This document shows positions 41,630-51,312 of a DNA stretch of 64,000 bases, in pieces. A program made the position numbers and the translations under genes. The notes beneath the pieces were generated by a model. That model had not been told where the DNA came from. It was given only the letters and a program-made list of their open reading frames with translations, and searched no databases. The stretch's first letter is position 1, and every line of letters starts with the position of its first letter. The stretch is from Alphaproteobacteria bacterium (GTDB lineage: Bacteria > Pseudomonadota > Alphaproteobacteria > Acetobacterales > Acetobacteraceae), in NCBI GenBank assembly GCA_016869715.1, contig VGDM01000011.1, forward strand, positions 379 to 64,378. The letters are read 5' to 3'.

Positions 41630-43213
41630 ATGAGCCTCCCTGCCTTGGCGGAACTTCTGGAACGGCTGGTGTTTTCGCCCGGCCGTAACGCCAAGCTTGC
41701 TTTGCTGGGCCAATGGTTCGCTGGGCAGCCAGACCCGGAACGCGGCCTTGGCCTCGCGGCCATGACGGAAAGCCTCAAGCTCGCCACCGCCAAGCCCGCC
41801 ATGCTCAGGGAAATCACCATGGCGCGGGTGGATGCCGAGTTGTTCCGGCTTTCCTATGATTATGTCGGGGACCTCGCGGAAACCATTGCGCTGATCTGGC
41901 CGAAGCGCGCCGGCGTGAATGCGCCGCCCCCGGCGCTTTCGGACATCATCGGCGCGCTGGAAACCACCCCGAAGGCCGAGGTGCCGGCGCTGATTGCAGG
42001 CTGGCTTGATACGCTCGATGCCAGCGGGCGCTTGGCGCTGATCAAGCTGCTGACGGGTGGGTTGCGCGTGGGGGTTTCCGCCCGCTTAGCGCGCGTGGCG
42101 CTTGCTGAATGGTCCGGCACGTCAGTAGAAGCTATTGAAGAAGCTTGGCACGCCATCCCCGCTCCCTATCAGCCGCTTTTCGCCTGGCTGGAGGGCCGTG
42201 CGCCGCAGCCCGACCCGCGCAGCGCCCCCATCTTTCGCCCCCTGATGCTGGCGCATCCCTTGGAAGAAGCTGATCTCGCTCGGCTTGATTCCGCCGCTTA
42301 TTGCGCGGAATGGAAATGGGATGGCATTCGCGTGCAAGTCACCTCAGGGCCTGGTGGGGTGCGGCTTTGGAGTCGGGGGGGCGAGGATATTTCCGCAAGC
42401 TTTCCCGACATCATCGCGGGGTTGGATTTCCACGCCGTGCTGGATGGTGAATTGCTTGTGCTACGCAATGGTGAAGTCGCTCCCTTCGGCGATTTGCAGC
42501 AAAGGCTGAATCGCAAAAGCGTCACCGTCAAAATGCAGCGCGAATATCCGGTGGCGATCCGGCTTTACGACATGTTGTTTGATGGCTCCGAGGATTTGCG
42601 CCCCCAGCCGTTCGCGGCGCGGCGCGCGCGGCTGGAAGCCTGGCATCAACGCCAGCAGCCACCGCGCATGGATCTATCTGCGCTGATCCCCTTCAGCCAG
42701 ATCAGTGATTTGCAAGGCCTGCGGGATGGCGCGCGCAATGCAGCGATTGAAGGCTTGATGCTGAAGCGCGCTGATGGTCCCTATCTGCCGGGGCGCGTAA
42801 AGGGGCAATGGTGGAAATGGAAGCGCGCGCCGCTCACGCTTGATACGGTGCTGATGTATGCGCAGCGCGGCCATGGCAAGCGCAGCAGCTTCTATTCGGA
42901 TTACACCTTCGGCGTCTGGCGCGATGACGGCGAATTGGTCCCGATCGGCAAGGCCTATTCCGGCTATACGGATGAGGAATTGGCCTGGCTTGATCGTTGG
43001 ATCAGGAACCACACCGTGGATCGCTTCGGCCCGGTCAGGGAAGTGGAAAAGGAATTGGTGCTGGAAGTCGCCTTTGACGCGGCGCAACGCAGCACCCGGC
43101 ACAAATCCGGTGTTGCGCTGCGCTTTCCGCGCATTGCGCGCATCAGGCGCGACAAGCCGGCGGCTGAAGCGGATCGTCTTGAAGCCGCACTAGCCCTGAT
43201 AGGGCAGGATTGA
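41630..43213 (+). CDS. ATP-dependent DNA ligase (cisplatin damage response type)
   Basis: YVGDLAETIAL, motif I EWKWDGIR, LDGEL, EGLMLK, WWKWK, LRFPR. Confidence 0.93.
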   Translation: MSLPALAELLERLVFSPGRNAKLALLGQWFAGQPDPERGLGLAAMTESLKLATAKPAMLREITMARVDAELFRLSYDYVGDLAETIALIWPKRAGVNAPPPALSDIIGALETTPKAEVPALIAGWLDTLDASGRLALIKLLTGGLRVGVSARLARVALAEWSGTSVEAIEEAWHAIPAPYQPLFAWLEGRAPQPDPRSAPIFRPLMLAHPLEEADLARLDSAAYCAEWKWDGIRVQVTSGPGGVRLWSRGGEDISASFPDIIAGLDFHAVLDGELLVLRNGEVAPFGDLQQRLNRKSVTVKMQREYPVAIRLYDMLFDGSEDLRPQPFAARRARLEAWHQRQQPPRMDLSALIPFSQISDLQGLRDGARNAAIEGLMLKRADGPYLPGRVKGQWWKWKRAPLTLDTVLMYAQRGHGKRSSFYSDYTFGVWRDDGELVPIGKAYSGYTDEELAWLDRWIRNHTVDRFGPVREVEKELVLEVAFDAAQRSTRHKSGVALRFPRIARIRRDKPAAEADRLEAALALIGQD

Positions 43214-43266
43214 CCCGCGGCACCCCGCATGCTGCGCTTGGCAACCAATCTCAAAGGGGAAACACC

Positions 43267-44052
43267 ATGCCTATTGCGCCGAATTTCGCGCGCCGCCGCC
43301 TGGAAAAGGGCGAACTTGCCCTTGGCTTTGGCGTGCATCATTTGCGCACGCCCGCTGTCGGCATGATTGCCGCGTCTTCAGGCTTTGATTGGCTGTTCAT
43401 TGACATGGAACATGGCGCCATGAGCGTGGATGACGCGACCCGCATGGCCATGGCGGCACTTTCGCAAGGCGTCACACCCATTGTGCGCTGCTGCAAGGAT
43501 GCGCTGTTTGAAGGCACGCGCTGCCTGGATAATGGCGCCATGGGCGTTGTGGTGCCGCATATTGATAATGCTGACGAGGCCCGTGATGCGGTGCGCGCCT
43601 TCCGGTACCCGCCTTTGGGTGAGCGTTCCTGGGGCGGCCCGCCGGCGCAATATGCCTTCCAGGTTTCCGATACCGCCGCAGCGCAGAAGGAATTGAATGA
43701 GCAGATCATGGTGACCGTCATGATCGAAACGCCGGAAGCGGTTGCGAATGCGGATGCCATCGCAGCCGTGCCGGGGGTGGATTGCCTCATGATCGGGACT
43801 TCGGACCTGACGGCTTCCATGGGTATTGCCGGGCAGATTGGGCATCCGGATGTGCGCGCGGCCTATGCCAAGGTGGCGGCGGCCTGCAAGGCGCATGGCA
43901 AGGTTATGGGCATGGGCGGTGTTTATGATGAAAAGGTTGCGCCGGATTACATCGCCCTTGGCGCGCGCTTCCTGTTGAGCGGTTCGGACCACGCCTTCCT
44001 GATGGCGGGCGGTGGCGCGCGGGCGAAATTCCTGCGCGGCTTGCAGGGGTAG
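43267..44052 (+). CDS. HpcH/HpaI aldolase/citrate lyase family protein
   Basis: FDWLFIDMEH, LDNGAMGVVVPH, RYPPLGERS, MIET, IGTSDL. Confidence 0.88.
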   Translation: MPIAPNFARRRLEKGELALGFGVHHLRTPAVGMIAASSGFDWLFIDMEHGAMSVDDATRMAMAALSQGVTPIVRCCKDALFEGTRCLDNGAMGVVVPHIDNADEARDAVRAFRYPPLGERSWGGPPAQYAFQVSDTAAAQKELNEQIMVTVMIETPEAVANADAIAAVPGVDCLMIGTSDLTASMGIAGQIGHPDVRAAYAKVAAACKAHGKVMGMGGVYDEKVAPDYIALGARFLLSGSDHAFLMAGGGARAKFLRGLQG

Positions 44053-44070
44053 TGTAACGGGAGTCGGTAA

Positions 44071-44124
44071 CAGGCGGGGCTTGCCCGGGCTTCAAGCGGC
44101 TTTCGCGAAGGGCTGCCCCGCCTG
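44071..44124. other. Intergenic GC-rich stem-loop
   Basis: CAGGCGGGGC (44071-44080) pairs with GCCCCGCCTG (44115-44124), inner GCCC/GGGC; no U-tract. Confidence 0.45.
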
Positions 44125-44226
44125 CCTTGCATGGCAAGCGGCTGCGGGGCGTGGCTAGATTTCGGGGTAGGCTCGCTTGATTCGGGTCCATCGCAACATC
44201 ACCTTCTGCGCCGAAAGGTTTACCTT

Positions 44227-45258
44227 ATGCGCCGCCGTCCCCTGCTCGCCCTGCCCTTTGCCGCGCCGCTCGCCGCGCCTGCCCTGGTGGCTGCGCAGGA
44301 ACGCGCGCTCAATCTCTATTCATCGCGCCATTATGATACGGATCGCGCGCTTTATGATGGCTTCACGGCGGAGTCTGGCATTCGCATTCGCCTGATTGAA
44401 GGTGATGCAGACCAATTGATCGCGCGCATTCAATCCGAAGGGGCGAATAGCCCCGCCGATGTGCTGATTACGGTGGATGCGGCGAAGCTGGCACGCGCGG
44501 TGGATGCCGGCATTCTTGCCGAAACCCGCAGCGAGATTCTGGAAGCGCGCATTCCCGCGCATCTGCGCGCCGCTGATGGGCAATGGTATGGGCTTTCCAG
44601 CCGCGCGCGCGTGATCATGTATGACCGTAAGCGCGGCGTGCCGGAAGGTGTTGCGCGGTATGAGGATTTGGCCCTGCCAGCGCAGCGCGGGCAAATCCTG
44701 ATCAGGGCAGCGGCGCATCCCTACAATACCTCCTTGATGGCAAGCCTTCTGCTGGCCAATGGGGCAGAAGCGGCAGAGGCTTGGGCGCGCGGCGTGGTGG
44801 CGAATATGGTGCGCCCGCCGCAGGGCGGAGATACGCCGCAGTTTCAGGCGGTGGCAGCGGGGGTTGGGCGGCTCGCGGTTGCCAATACCTATTACCTCGC
44901 GCGGTTCGGCGCTGCCTCCAATCCGCAGGAAAAGGCGCTGTTTGATCGAATTGGCGTGATCTTCCCCAATCAGGCGCCAGGCGATCGGGGGACACATGTG
45001 AATGTCTCGGGCGCTGGCGTGGTACGGAGTTCTGCCAACAAGGCCGTGGGGCTCCGCTTCATTGAATACCTCAGCAGCCGGCGCGCGCAGGAATTATTCG
45101 CCAATGGCAATTTCGAATATCCTGTGGTGGCCGGGGTGGCGCCGCATCCCGCGCTGCTGGCGCTTGGTAGCTTCCGTGCCGATGAATTGAACGCGCAACG
45201 CTATGGTGCGCTGGCGCCAGAGGCACTGCGGATCATGCAAAGGGCGGGGTGGCGCTGA
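44227..45258 (+). CDS. Fe(3+) ABC transporter substrate-binding protein (FbpA/FutA)
   Basis: LYSSRHY, EGANSPADVLITVDA, NTYY iron-ligand tyrosines, GTHVNVSGAG, NFEYP. Confidence 0.9.
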   Translation: MRRRPLLALPFAAPLAAPALVAAQERALNLYSSRHYDTDRALYDGFTAESGIRIRLIEGDADQLIARIQSEGANSPADVLITVDAAKLARAVDAGILAETRSEILEARIPAHLRAADGQWYGLSSRARVIMYDRKRGVPEGVARYEDLALPAQRGQILIRAAAHPYNTSLMASLLLANGAEAAEAWARGVVANMVRPPQGGDTPQFQAVAAGVGRLAVANTYYLARFGAASNPQEKALFDRIGVIFPNQAPGDRGTHVNVSGAGVVRSSANKAVGLRFIEYLSSRRAQELFANGNFEYPVVAGVAPHPALLALGSFRADELNAQRYGALAPEALRIMQRAGWR

Positions 45259-45439
45259 GGGCCATGGCCCCGAAAACCAACGACGATTCACGCAATATCG
45301 GCAATACTGATTTGTCGGTTCCGCTGCACGTTCCAGGCAGGGTCGGCTGTCAGCGCGGCCCTGCGGCATTGCGGGTCTCAGCATAAAGCCAGTTCGGCCC
45401 TAGTTGTTATGTCTCCGGCGATCATCTTATACTACCGCA

Positions 45440-46123
45440 ATGATTGACATCATCAGCGCGACGCGGCTTTCTCATAATGATTTTCTGGCGCAGGCGCCGC
45501 TTGGCGCCTCGCTCAAGCGACTTGCTTTTGATAAGCGCATTCGTGCACAGATGGCTTTTGAAAACCGCGCCAGGCTGCGCGTAATCTACAATACAGCCAT
45601 AGATGCGCCTCAGGCGGCGGAAATCCTTGTCTTCATCCATGATGATGTCTGGATAGATGACTATTTCTTTGCTGATCGTATCATCGCTGCGCTGGAAAAC
45701 TTCGATGTCATCGGCCCTGCCGGCAATCGTAGGCGCTTGCCGCGACAGCCGTCATGGGCTTTCACAAAAGTGATGGGGAATCAGGTTCTTCGGGATTCGG
45801 CGGAAAATCTTGCTGGTGCGGTTGCGCATGGCCGGGCGCCCTTCGGACCGGTAACCTTTTACGGGCAAACACCGGCAGCGTGTGAGTTACTGGATGGTGT
45901 GCTGTTGGCAGCCCGACGAGACTGCCTGCGCACCCATTCAGTGCGTTTCGATCCGCGTTTCGATTTTCATTATTAAGACCTGGACTTCTGCCAAAGCGCT
46001 CGGGCGGCGGGTCTTCATCTTGGATGTGCGGCCTTGGCGCTGACGCACCGCAGCGGAAGGGATTTTGGTTCCGCACGATGGCGAGAAAGTTATCACACAT
46101 GGATTGAAAAATGGGGGGAATAG
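45440..46123 (+). pseudogene. GT2-like glycosyltransferase with an in-frame TAA at 45974-45976
   Basis: VFIHDDV, LLDGVLLA, then FDFHY*DLDFCQSARAAG...HRSG...YHTWIEKWGE*; the stop falls in the FHxYDxDxC motif also seen in 40800-41570. Confidence 0.8.
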
Positions 46124-46242
46124 GCATAGGGGAGGCTTTTTTGTTGCCGGCCGTCCGTTTCCCGCGCGACTTCACAAATCATGCAAAGTCGGAAATCATG
46201 GGCTTAACCGAGCGCTGGGTAGCGCCGTTATGGGGGTACGCT

Positions 46243-47103
46243 GTGAATGCTTCAGAAAAACTCCGCCAACGCCTCAAGGCCGACGGCATCATTGCCGCCC
46301 CAGGCGCGCCCGATAGCCTAACCGCGCGGCTGATAGAACAGGTGGGGTTTGAGGCGATTTACATGACCGGCTTTGGTGCGACGGCGTCTCGGCTGGGTCG
46401 CCCCGATATCGGGTTGCTGACGCAGACGGAAATGACCACCCATGCGCGGGATATGGCGCGCGCTGTGGCAATCCCGATCATCGCCGATGCCGATACCGGC
46501 TATGGTGGCCCGGCCAATATCGCGCGGACCATTGAAGAATATGCGCAGGCGGGTGTTGCTGCGATTCACCTGGAAGACCAGGTGGCGCCGAAGCGTTGCG
46601 GGCAATTGGCTGGCATCAGGCTGATCCCGGCAGAGGAAAATGTCCGGCGCCTGCAATGCGCCATTGCGTCCCGCCCAGCGAACGGGCCACTGATTATTGG
46701 GCGGACCGATGCCATGCCGGCGATTGGCCCGGAAGAAGCCGTGCGCCGCGCGCCGATGTATCAGGATGCCGGGGTTGATCTGGTATTCGTCGATGGCATC
46801 GAGAAAATCTCCGAGGTTGAGATTGTGGCGCGGCAAGTGCCCGGCCCCAAGGTTGTCAGCATTGTGGATGGCAATGAAACCACCGGGCTGACAGCGCGGG
46901 ATCTGGAACAGATGGGCTTTGCTGTCGTGTTCTATGCGGTGACGGCGCTGTTCACCGCCGCGCGTGCGGTGGCTGATGCGCTGGCCGTGTTGAAGCGTGA
47001 TGGCACGCCAGCCAAGGCAGCGGGTGCGATGATGAGCTATGCGGAATTCAGCGCCCTGGTTGATCTGCCGCGCTTTCAGGCTTTGGATGAAAACTACGGT
47101 TAG
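46243..47103 (+). CDS. Isocitrate lyase/PEP mutase family lyase
   Basis: GFEAIYMTGFG, IADADTGYG, HLEDQVAPKRCG, IGRTDA, AGVDLVF; GTG start. Confidence 0.88.
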   Translation: MNASEKLRQRLKADGIIAAPGAPDSLTARLIEQVGFEAIYMTGFGATASRLGRPDIGLLTQTEMTTHARDMARAVAIPIIADADTGYGGPANIARTIEEYAQAGVAAIHLEDQVAPKRCGQLAGIRLIPAEENVRRLQCAIASRPANGPLIIGRTDAMPAIGPEEAVRRAPMYQDAGVDLVFVDGIEKISEVEIVARQVPGPKVVSIVDGNETTGLTARDLEQMGFAVVFYAVTALFTAARAVADALAVLKRDGTPAKAAGAMMSYAEFSALVDLPRFQALDENYG

Positions 47104-47131
47104 CCCGCGTCTCGGGGAAAGGAAGTCTATC

Positions 47132-47992
47132 ATGCAATTCGGTCGTTTGGGCGTTTGGTGTTCCACGGATCGGCTGGATGCAGCGGCCTTGCGCGCGCTG
47201 CTGAACCGCGTGGAAGACCTTGGCTATGGCAGCTTCTGGTATCCGGAATCGCGCGGTTATGAATCCATGGCTTTGGCGGGGTTTTTGCTGGCAAATAGCA
47301 AGAAGCTTATTGTCGGCAGTTCGATTGCGAATATCTACGCGCGTGATGCCTTCACGGCGCGCCGGGGCCTTGCGACGCTGAATGCGCTGCACGACGGGCG
47401 CTTTGCGCTTGGGCTTGGCGTCAGCCATATCCCGATGGTGGAAGGCTTGCGCGGGCATCGCTACGAAAAGCCCATTCCCGCCATGCGCGGCTATCTGGAA
47501 GCTTTGCGCAAGGCGGGCGGTGATGCGCTGGAAGGGCCAGTGCTGCTGGCAGCGCTTGGGCCGAAAATGCTGGCACTGTCCGGCAGTGCGGCGGATGGCG
47601 CTGTGCCTTACAACGTAACACCGGAACATACTGCCCAGGCCGCGGCGATTCTGGGGCCGGGCAAGGTGCTGGTGGTGGAACAGAAGGTTTGCATTGAAAC
47701 CGATCCGGTGCGTGCGCGCGCGCTCGGGCGGCGCGAATTATCGCGCTATATGGCGCTGCCGAATTACGTGAATAACTGGCTGCGGCTTGGTTTTAGCGAA
47801 GCAGAGCTCGCCAATGACGGCGGTGATCGCTTCATTGATGCGATGGTACTGCATGGTGATGCCTCGATAGTGAAGGCAGGTCTGCGCGCGCATTTTGCAG
47901 CGGGTGCAACGCATGTTTGTATTCAGCCTGTGGCAGAAGATGGCGATGTCGCGCATCGGGATGCGATACTTGCGGCACTCGCGGATACGTGA
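47132..47992 (+). CDS. LLM-class F420-dependent oxidoreductase (MSMEG_4141-like)
   Basis: [54 protein letters not shown]; inside the cof operon. Confidence 0.85.
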   Translation: MQFGRLGVWCSTDRLDAAALRALLNRVEDLGYGSFWYPESRGYESMALAGFLLANSKKLIVGSSIANIYARDAFTARRGLATLNALHDGRFALGLGVSHIPMVEGLRGHRYEKPIPAMRGYLEALRKAGGDALEGPVLLAALGPKMLALSGSAADGAVPYNVTPEHTAQAAAILGPGKVLVVEQKVCIETDPVRARALGRRELSRYMALPNYVNNWLRLGFSEAELANDGGDRFIDAMVLHGDASIVKAGLRAHFAAGATHVCIQPVAEDGDVAHRDAILAALADT

Positions 47993-49002
47993 TGGCCATG
48001 TTGAAACTTGGCTATAAGGCATCCGCCGAACAATTTGCGCCAGCGCAATTGCTGGATTTTGGCGTATTGGCGGATGAGATGGGCTTCGATAGCTGCTTCA
48101 TCTCAGACCATTTCCAACCATGGAAACACACGGACGGCCATGCGCCGAATTCGCTGGTGTGGCTTGGCGCGCTTGGCGCGCGCACGCAAAGGCTTGTGAT
48201 GGGCACCAGCGTGCTGACGCCAACCTTTCGCTACCATCCTTCCATTGTGGCGCAGGCTTTTGGCACTTTGGGCGCCATGTTTCCAGGCCGCGTGATCCTT
48301 GGCATAGGCACTGGTGAGGGGTTGAATGAGGTGCCTTCCACCGGCCAACCCTGGCCGGAATTCAAGGAACGCTTCGCTCGTATGCGTGAAGCCGTGCAAT
48401 TGATGCGCAAGCTTTGGACTGAAGAACGCGTGAGTTTCGAAGGGCAATATTACCGCACCGAACACGCGACAATTTATGATCGGCCCGCGACACCCGTGCC
48501 GATTTATGTTGCCGCTGCTGGTGCGATGGTTGCGAAATATGCCGGGCGCGCGGGCGATGGATTTATCTGCACCAGCGGCAAGAAGCCCGAGCTTTACACC
48601 GAAACCCTGCTACCAAATGTTGTGGCGGGGCTGGAAGCCGCCGCAATACCAAAGCCCGATTATGATCGCATGATCGAAGTGAAGGTTTCCTTCGATACGG
48701 ACAAGCAGCGCGCCTTGGAAGATACGCGCCATTGGGCGGCACTGGCGCTTTCAGCCGAAGAAAAAATGTCGGTGGAAGACCCGGTGGAAATGGAGCGCCT
48801 GGCCGATGCGCTGCCGCTGGAACGCGCGGCGAGCCGTTGGATTGTCTCCAACGATCCGGAGGAACATGTGGAGCGCATCGGCTATTATGTCAGCCTCGGC
48901 TTTCGGCATTTGGTGTTTCACGCGCCGGGGCCGGAGCAGGCGCGGTTCTTGCGCCTCTATGGGGAGCAGGTGCTGCCACTGCTGCGCCGCCGCTTCGCTT
49001 GA
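47992..49002 (+). CDS. fgd: F420-dependent glucose-6-phosphate dehydrogenase (Fgd/Fsd)
   Basis: [65 protein letters not shown]; close to recalled mycobacterial Fgd1. Confidence 0.9.
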   Translation: MAMLKLGYKASAEQFAPAQLLDFGVLADEMGFDSCFISDHFQPWKHTDGHAPNSLVWLGALGARTQRLVMGTSVLTPTFRYHPSIVAQAFGTLGAMFPGRVILGIGTGEGLNEVPSTGQPWPEFKERFARMREAVQLMRKLWTEERVSFEGQYYRTEHATIYDRPATPVPIYVAAAGAMVAKYAGRAGDGFICTSGKKPELYTETLLPNVVAGLEAAAIPKPDYDRMIEVKVSFDTDKQRALEDTRHWAALALSAEEKMSVEDPVEMERLADALPLERAASRWIVSNDPEEHVERIGYYVSLGFRHLVFHAPGPEQARFLRLYGEQVLPLLRRRFA

Positions 49003-49739
49003 AAGCCGCGCTGCAGCTTTTTGCGCTGCCTGGCGTGCCGATGGTGCAGGCGGGTGATGATCTGGCGGATTTGCTTTCGGCTGCCATGACGCGCGCTGGA
49101 CTTACGCCTCAATCAGGCGATGTGCTTGCGGTTGCACAGAAAATCGTGAGCAAGGCGGAAGGGCGGAGCGTAGCGCTGGCGTCTGTGCAGCCATCAGCCG
49201 CAGCGCGCGAACTTGCTGCGCAAACCGGCAAGGATGCGCGTTTGGTGGAGCTGATCTTTTCGGAATCAGAACGCGTTGTGCGTGCGCGGCCCAACCTGAT
49301 TATCGTGAAGCATCGGCTTGGGTTTGTGATGGCGAATGCCGGCATTGATCAATCCAATATCAGTACCGATGGCCATGCGTTGCTTCTGCCGCGTGATCCT
49401 GACGGTAGTGCGGCGGTACTTGCCGCGCGGCTTGGCTTGCCTGTGTTGATCACGGATAGTTTCGGCCGCGCCTGGCGTCGTGGCACGATCGGCGTGGCGA
49501 TTGGAGCGGCGGGGCTGCCGGCCTTGCGTGATTTACGCGGCCAGCCTGATTTATTTGGCCGTACGCTCATGGTCAGCATCACCGGCTTCGCCGATGAAAT
49601 AGCGGCAGCAGCGGGCCTGGTGATGGGGCAAGGCGCTGAGGGTCAGCCTGCTGTGTTGGTGCGTGGGTTGTCCTGGTCAGGCGCGGAAAACCCTGCTGCG
49701 GAATTGCTGCGCCCAGCGCAGGAGGATCTTTTCCCGTGA
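48999..49739 (+). CDS. cofE: Coenzyme F420-0:L-glutamate ligase, single domain
   Basis: [59 protein letters not shown]; TTG start. Confidence 0.93.
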   Translation: MKAALQLFALPGVPMVQAGDDLADLLSAAMTRAGLTPQSGDVLAVAQKIVSKAEGRSVALASVQPSAAARELAAQTGKDARLVELIFSESERVVRARPNLIIVKHRLGFVMANAGIDQSNISTDGHALLLPRDPDGSAAVLAARLGLPVLITDSFGRAWRRGTIGVAIGAAGLPALRDLRGQPDLFGRTLMVSITGFADEIAAAAGLVMGQGAEGQPAVLVRGLSWSGAENPAAELLRPAQEDLFP

Positions 49740-50656
49740 TTATCGCGCTTTCCGGCGGCATTGGTGGGGCGAAGCTGGCACTTGGTTTGTCGCGCGTTTT
49801 GTCGGCTGAGGAATTGCTGATCATCGCCAATACTGGTGATGATTTCGAACATTTCGGCCTCAGGATTTGTCCGGATACGGATACGCTGCTCTATACCCTG
49901 GCGGGTCTGGATAATCCCAAGCTTGGCTGGGGTCGCGCAGATGAAAGCTGGGCCTTCATGGAAACTCTCGCGGCGCTTGGGGGGGCGGATTGGTTTCGTC
50001 TGGGTGATCGCGATTTGGCGTTGCATGTGCTGCGAAGCCATCGGCTGCGCGATGGCGAAAAACTCTCGGCGATTACGGATGATATTCGCAAACGCTTCGG
50101 CATTGGCCCATGCATTCTGCCGATGAGCGATGATGCGGTGCGCACGCGAATCCACATGGATCAGGGGTGGCTTGATTTTCAGGATTGGTTTGTACGGTTG
50201 CGCGCTGAACCCCTGGCTCGAGCAGTGAAATTTGCTGGTGTTGAACAAGCGCGCCCACAGCCTGCATTGCTGGAGGCGTTGCGCGCAAAGCCCCGCGGCA
50301 TCGTGATTTGCCCAAGCAATCCCTTCGTCAGCATCGAGCCCATTCTGGCCGTGCCGGGATTGCGCGATGCCATCAAGGCATCAGGCGCGCCGGTGGTGGC
50401 GGTATCGCCCATCATTGCCGGGCAGGCCGTTAAGGGACCGACAGCGCGCATGTTTGAAGCGCTTGGTATGATGCCAAGTGCCGCCGCTGTAGCCGCGCGC
50501 TATGGTGATTTGCTGCATGGCTTTGTGATGGAACATGGCGATGACGCGGCTGGTATCGCACCGCGCGTATTTTATGCCGCAACCCTGATGCACAATCTTG
50601 CGGACAAGACCGCGCTGGCGCGGCAGGTGCTGGCGGCGATTGACGCGCTCAGATGA
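49736..50656 (+). CDS. cofD: 2-phospho-L-lactate/PEP transferase (FbiA)
   Basis: LSGGIGGAK, NTGDD, CPDTDT, WFRLGDRD, PMSDD, FQDWFV, PSNPFVSI, KGPT. Confidence 0.95.
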   Translation: MIIALSGGIGGAKLALGLSRVLSAEELLIIANTGDDFEHFGLRICPDTDTLLYTLAGLDNPKLGWGRADESWAFMETLAALGGADWFRLGDRDLALHVLRSHRLRDGEKLSAITDDIRKRFGIGPCILPMSDDAVRTRIHMDQGWLDFQDWFVRLRAEPLARAVKFAGVEQARPQPALLEALRAKPRGIVICPSNPFVSIEPILAVPGLRDAIKASGAPVVAVSPIIAGQAVKGPTARMFEALGMMPSAAAVAARYGDLLHGFVMEHGDDAAGIAPRVFYAATLMHNLADKTALARQVLAAIDALR

Positions 50657-51312
50657 CGCCCTGGGTCATTCTGCCGGTGAAGGAAATGGCGGGGGCAAAG
50701 CAACGCCTTTCACCATTGCTTTCACCTGCGGAACGCATCGCGCTGATGCAGGTAATGCTACGCGATGTACTGATGGCTCTATCTGCCGCGCAAGATCTGG
50801 CCGGCATCGCAATGGTGACGCTTGATCCTTGGGCGCAGGCGCTGGCGCAGCAACATGATGCGCGGATTATCGCGGAAGGCGCAGGGGAAGGTCATACCGG
50901 CGCGGTGACAACTGCGGCATCAGTGTTACAGGCAGAGGGTGTCGCGGCCATTCTGACTCTGCCCGGCGATGTTCCCGCGGTGAAAATGCCTGAGGTCGGA
51001 GCGCTAATCGCAGCGGTGACTATTCCACCCGCCTTCATCATCGCCCCCGCGCATGATGAGCAGGGATCGAACGCCATTCTGCTGTCACCACCCAATGCGG
51101 TGAAGCTACGCTTTGGTGAAGACAGCTATTTCCCGCATTTGGCCTCTGCACACGCGGCTGGCATCACACCGCAGATTCTGCGCCTGCCGGGTATTGCGAT
51201 GGATATTGATCATCCTGCCGATATCGCACGCTTTGCCGGCATTCCTGAAGCCAGGGGCACCCAAACCTTGGTGTGGTTGCAGCAAAACGGCATTCTCGAA
51301 CGTCTCGCTTAA
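50653..51312 (+). CDS. cofC: 2-phospho-L-lactate/PEP guanylyltransferase (FbiD)
   Basis: LPVK...AKQRLS, MLRDV, PGDVP, GSNA, RFGEDS..H, DIDHPAD. Confidence 0.92.
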   Translation: MTPWVILPVKEMAGAKQRLSPLLSPAERIALMQVMLRDVLMALSAAQDLAGIAMVTLDPWAQALAQQHDARIIAEGAGEGHTGAVTTAASVLQAEGVAAILTLPGDVPAVKMPEVGALIAAVTIPPAFIIAPAHDEQGSNAILLSPPNAVKLRFGEDSYFPHLASAHAAGITPQILRLPGIAMDIDHPADIARFAGIPEARGTQTLVWLQQNGILERLA

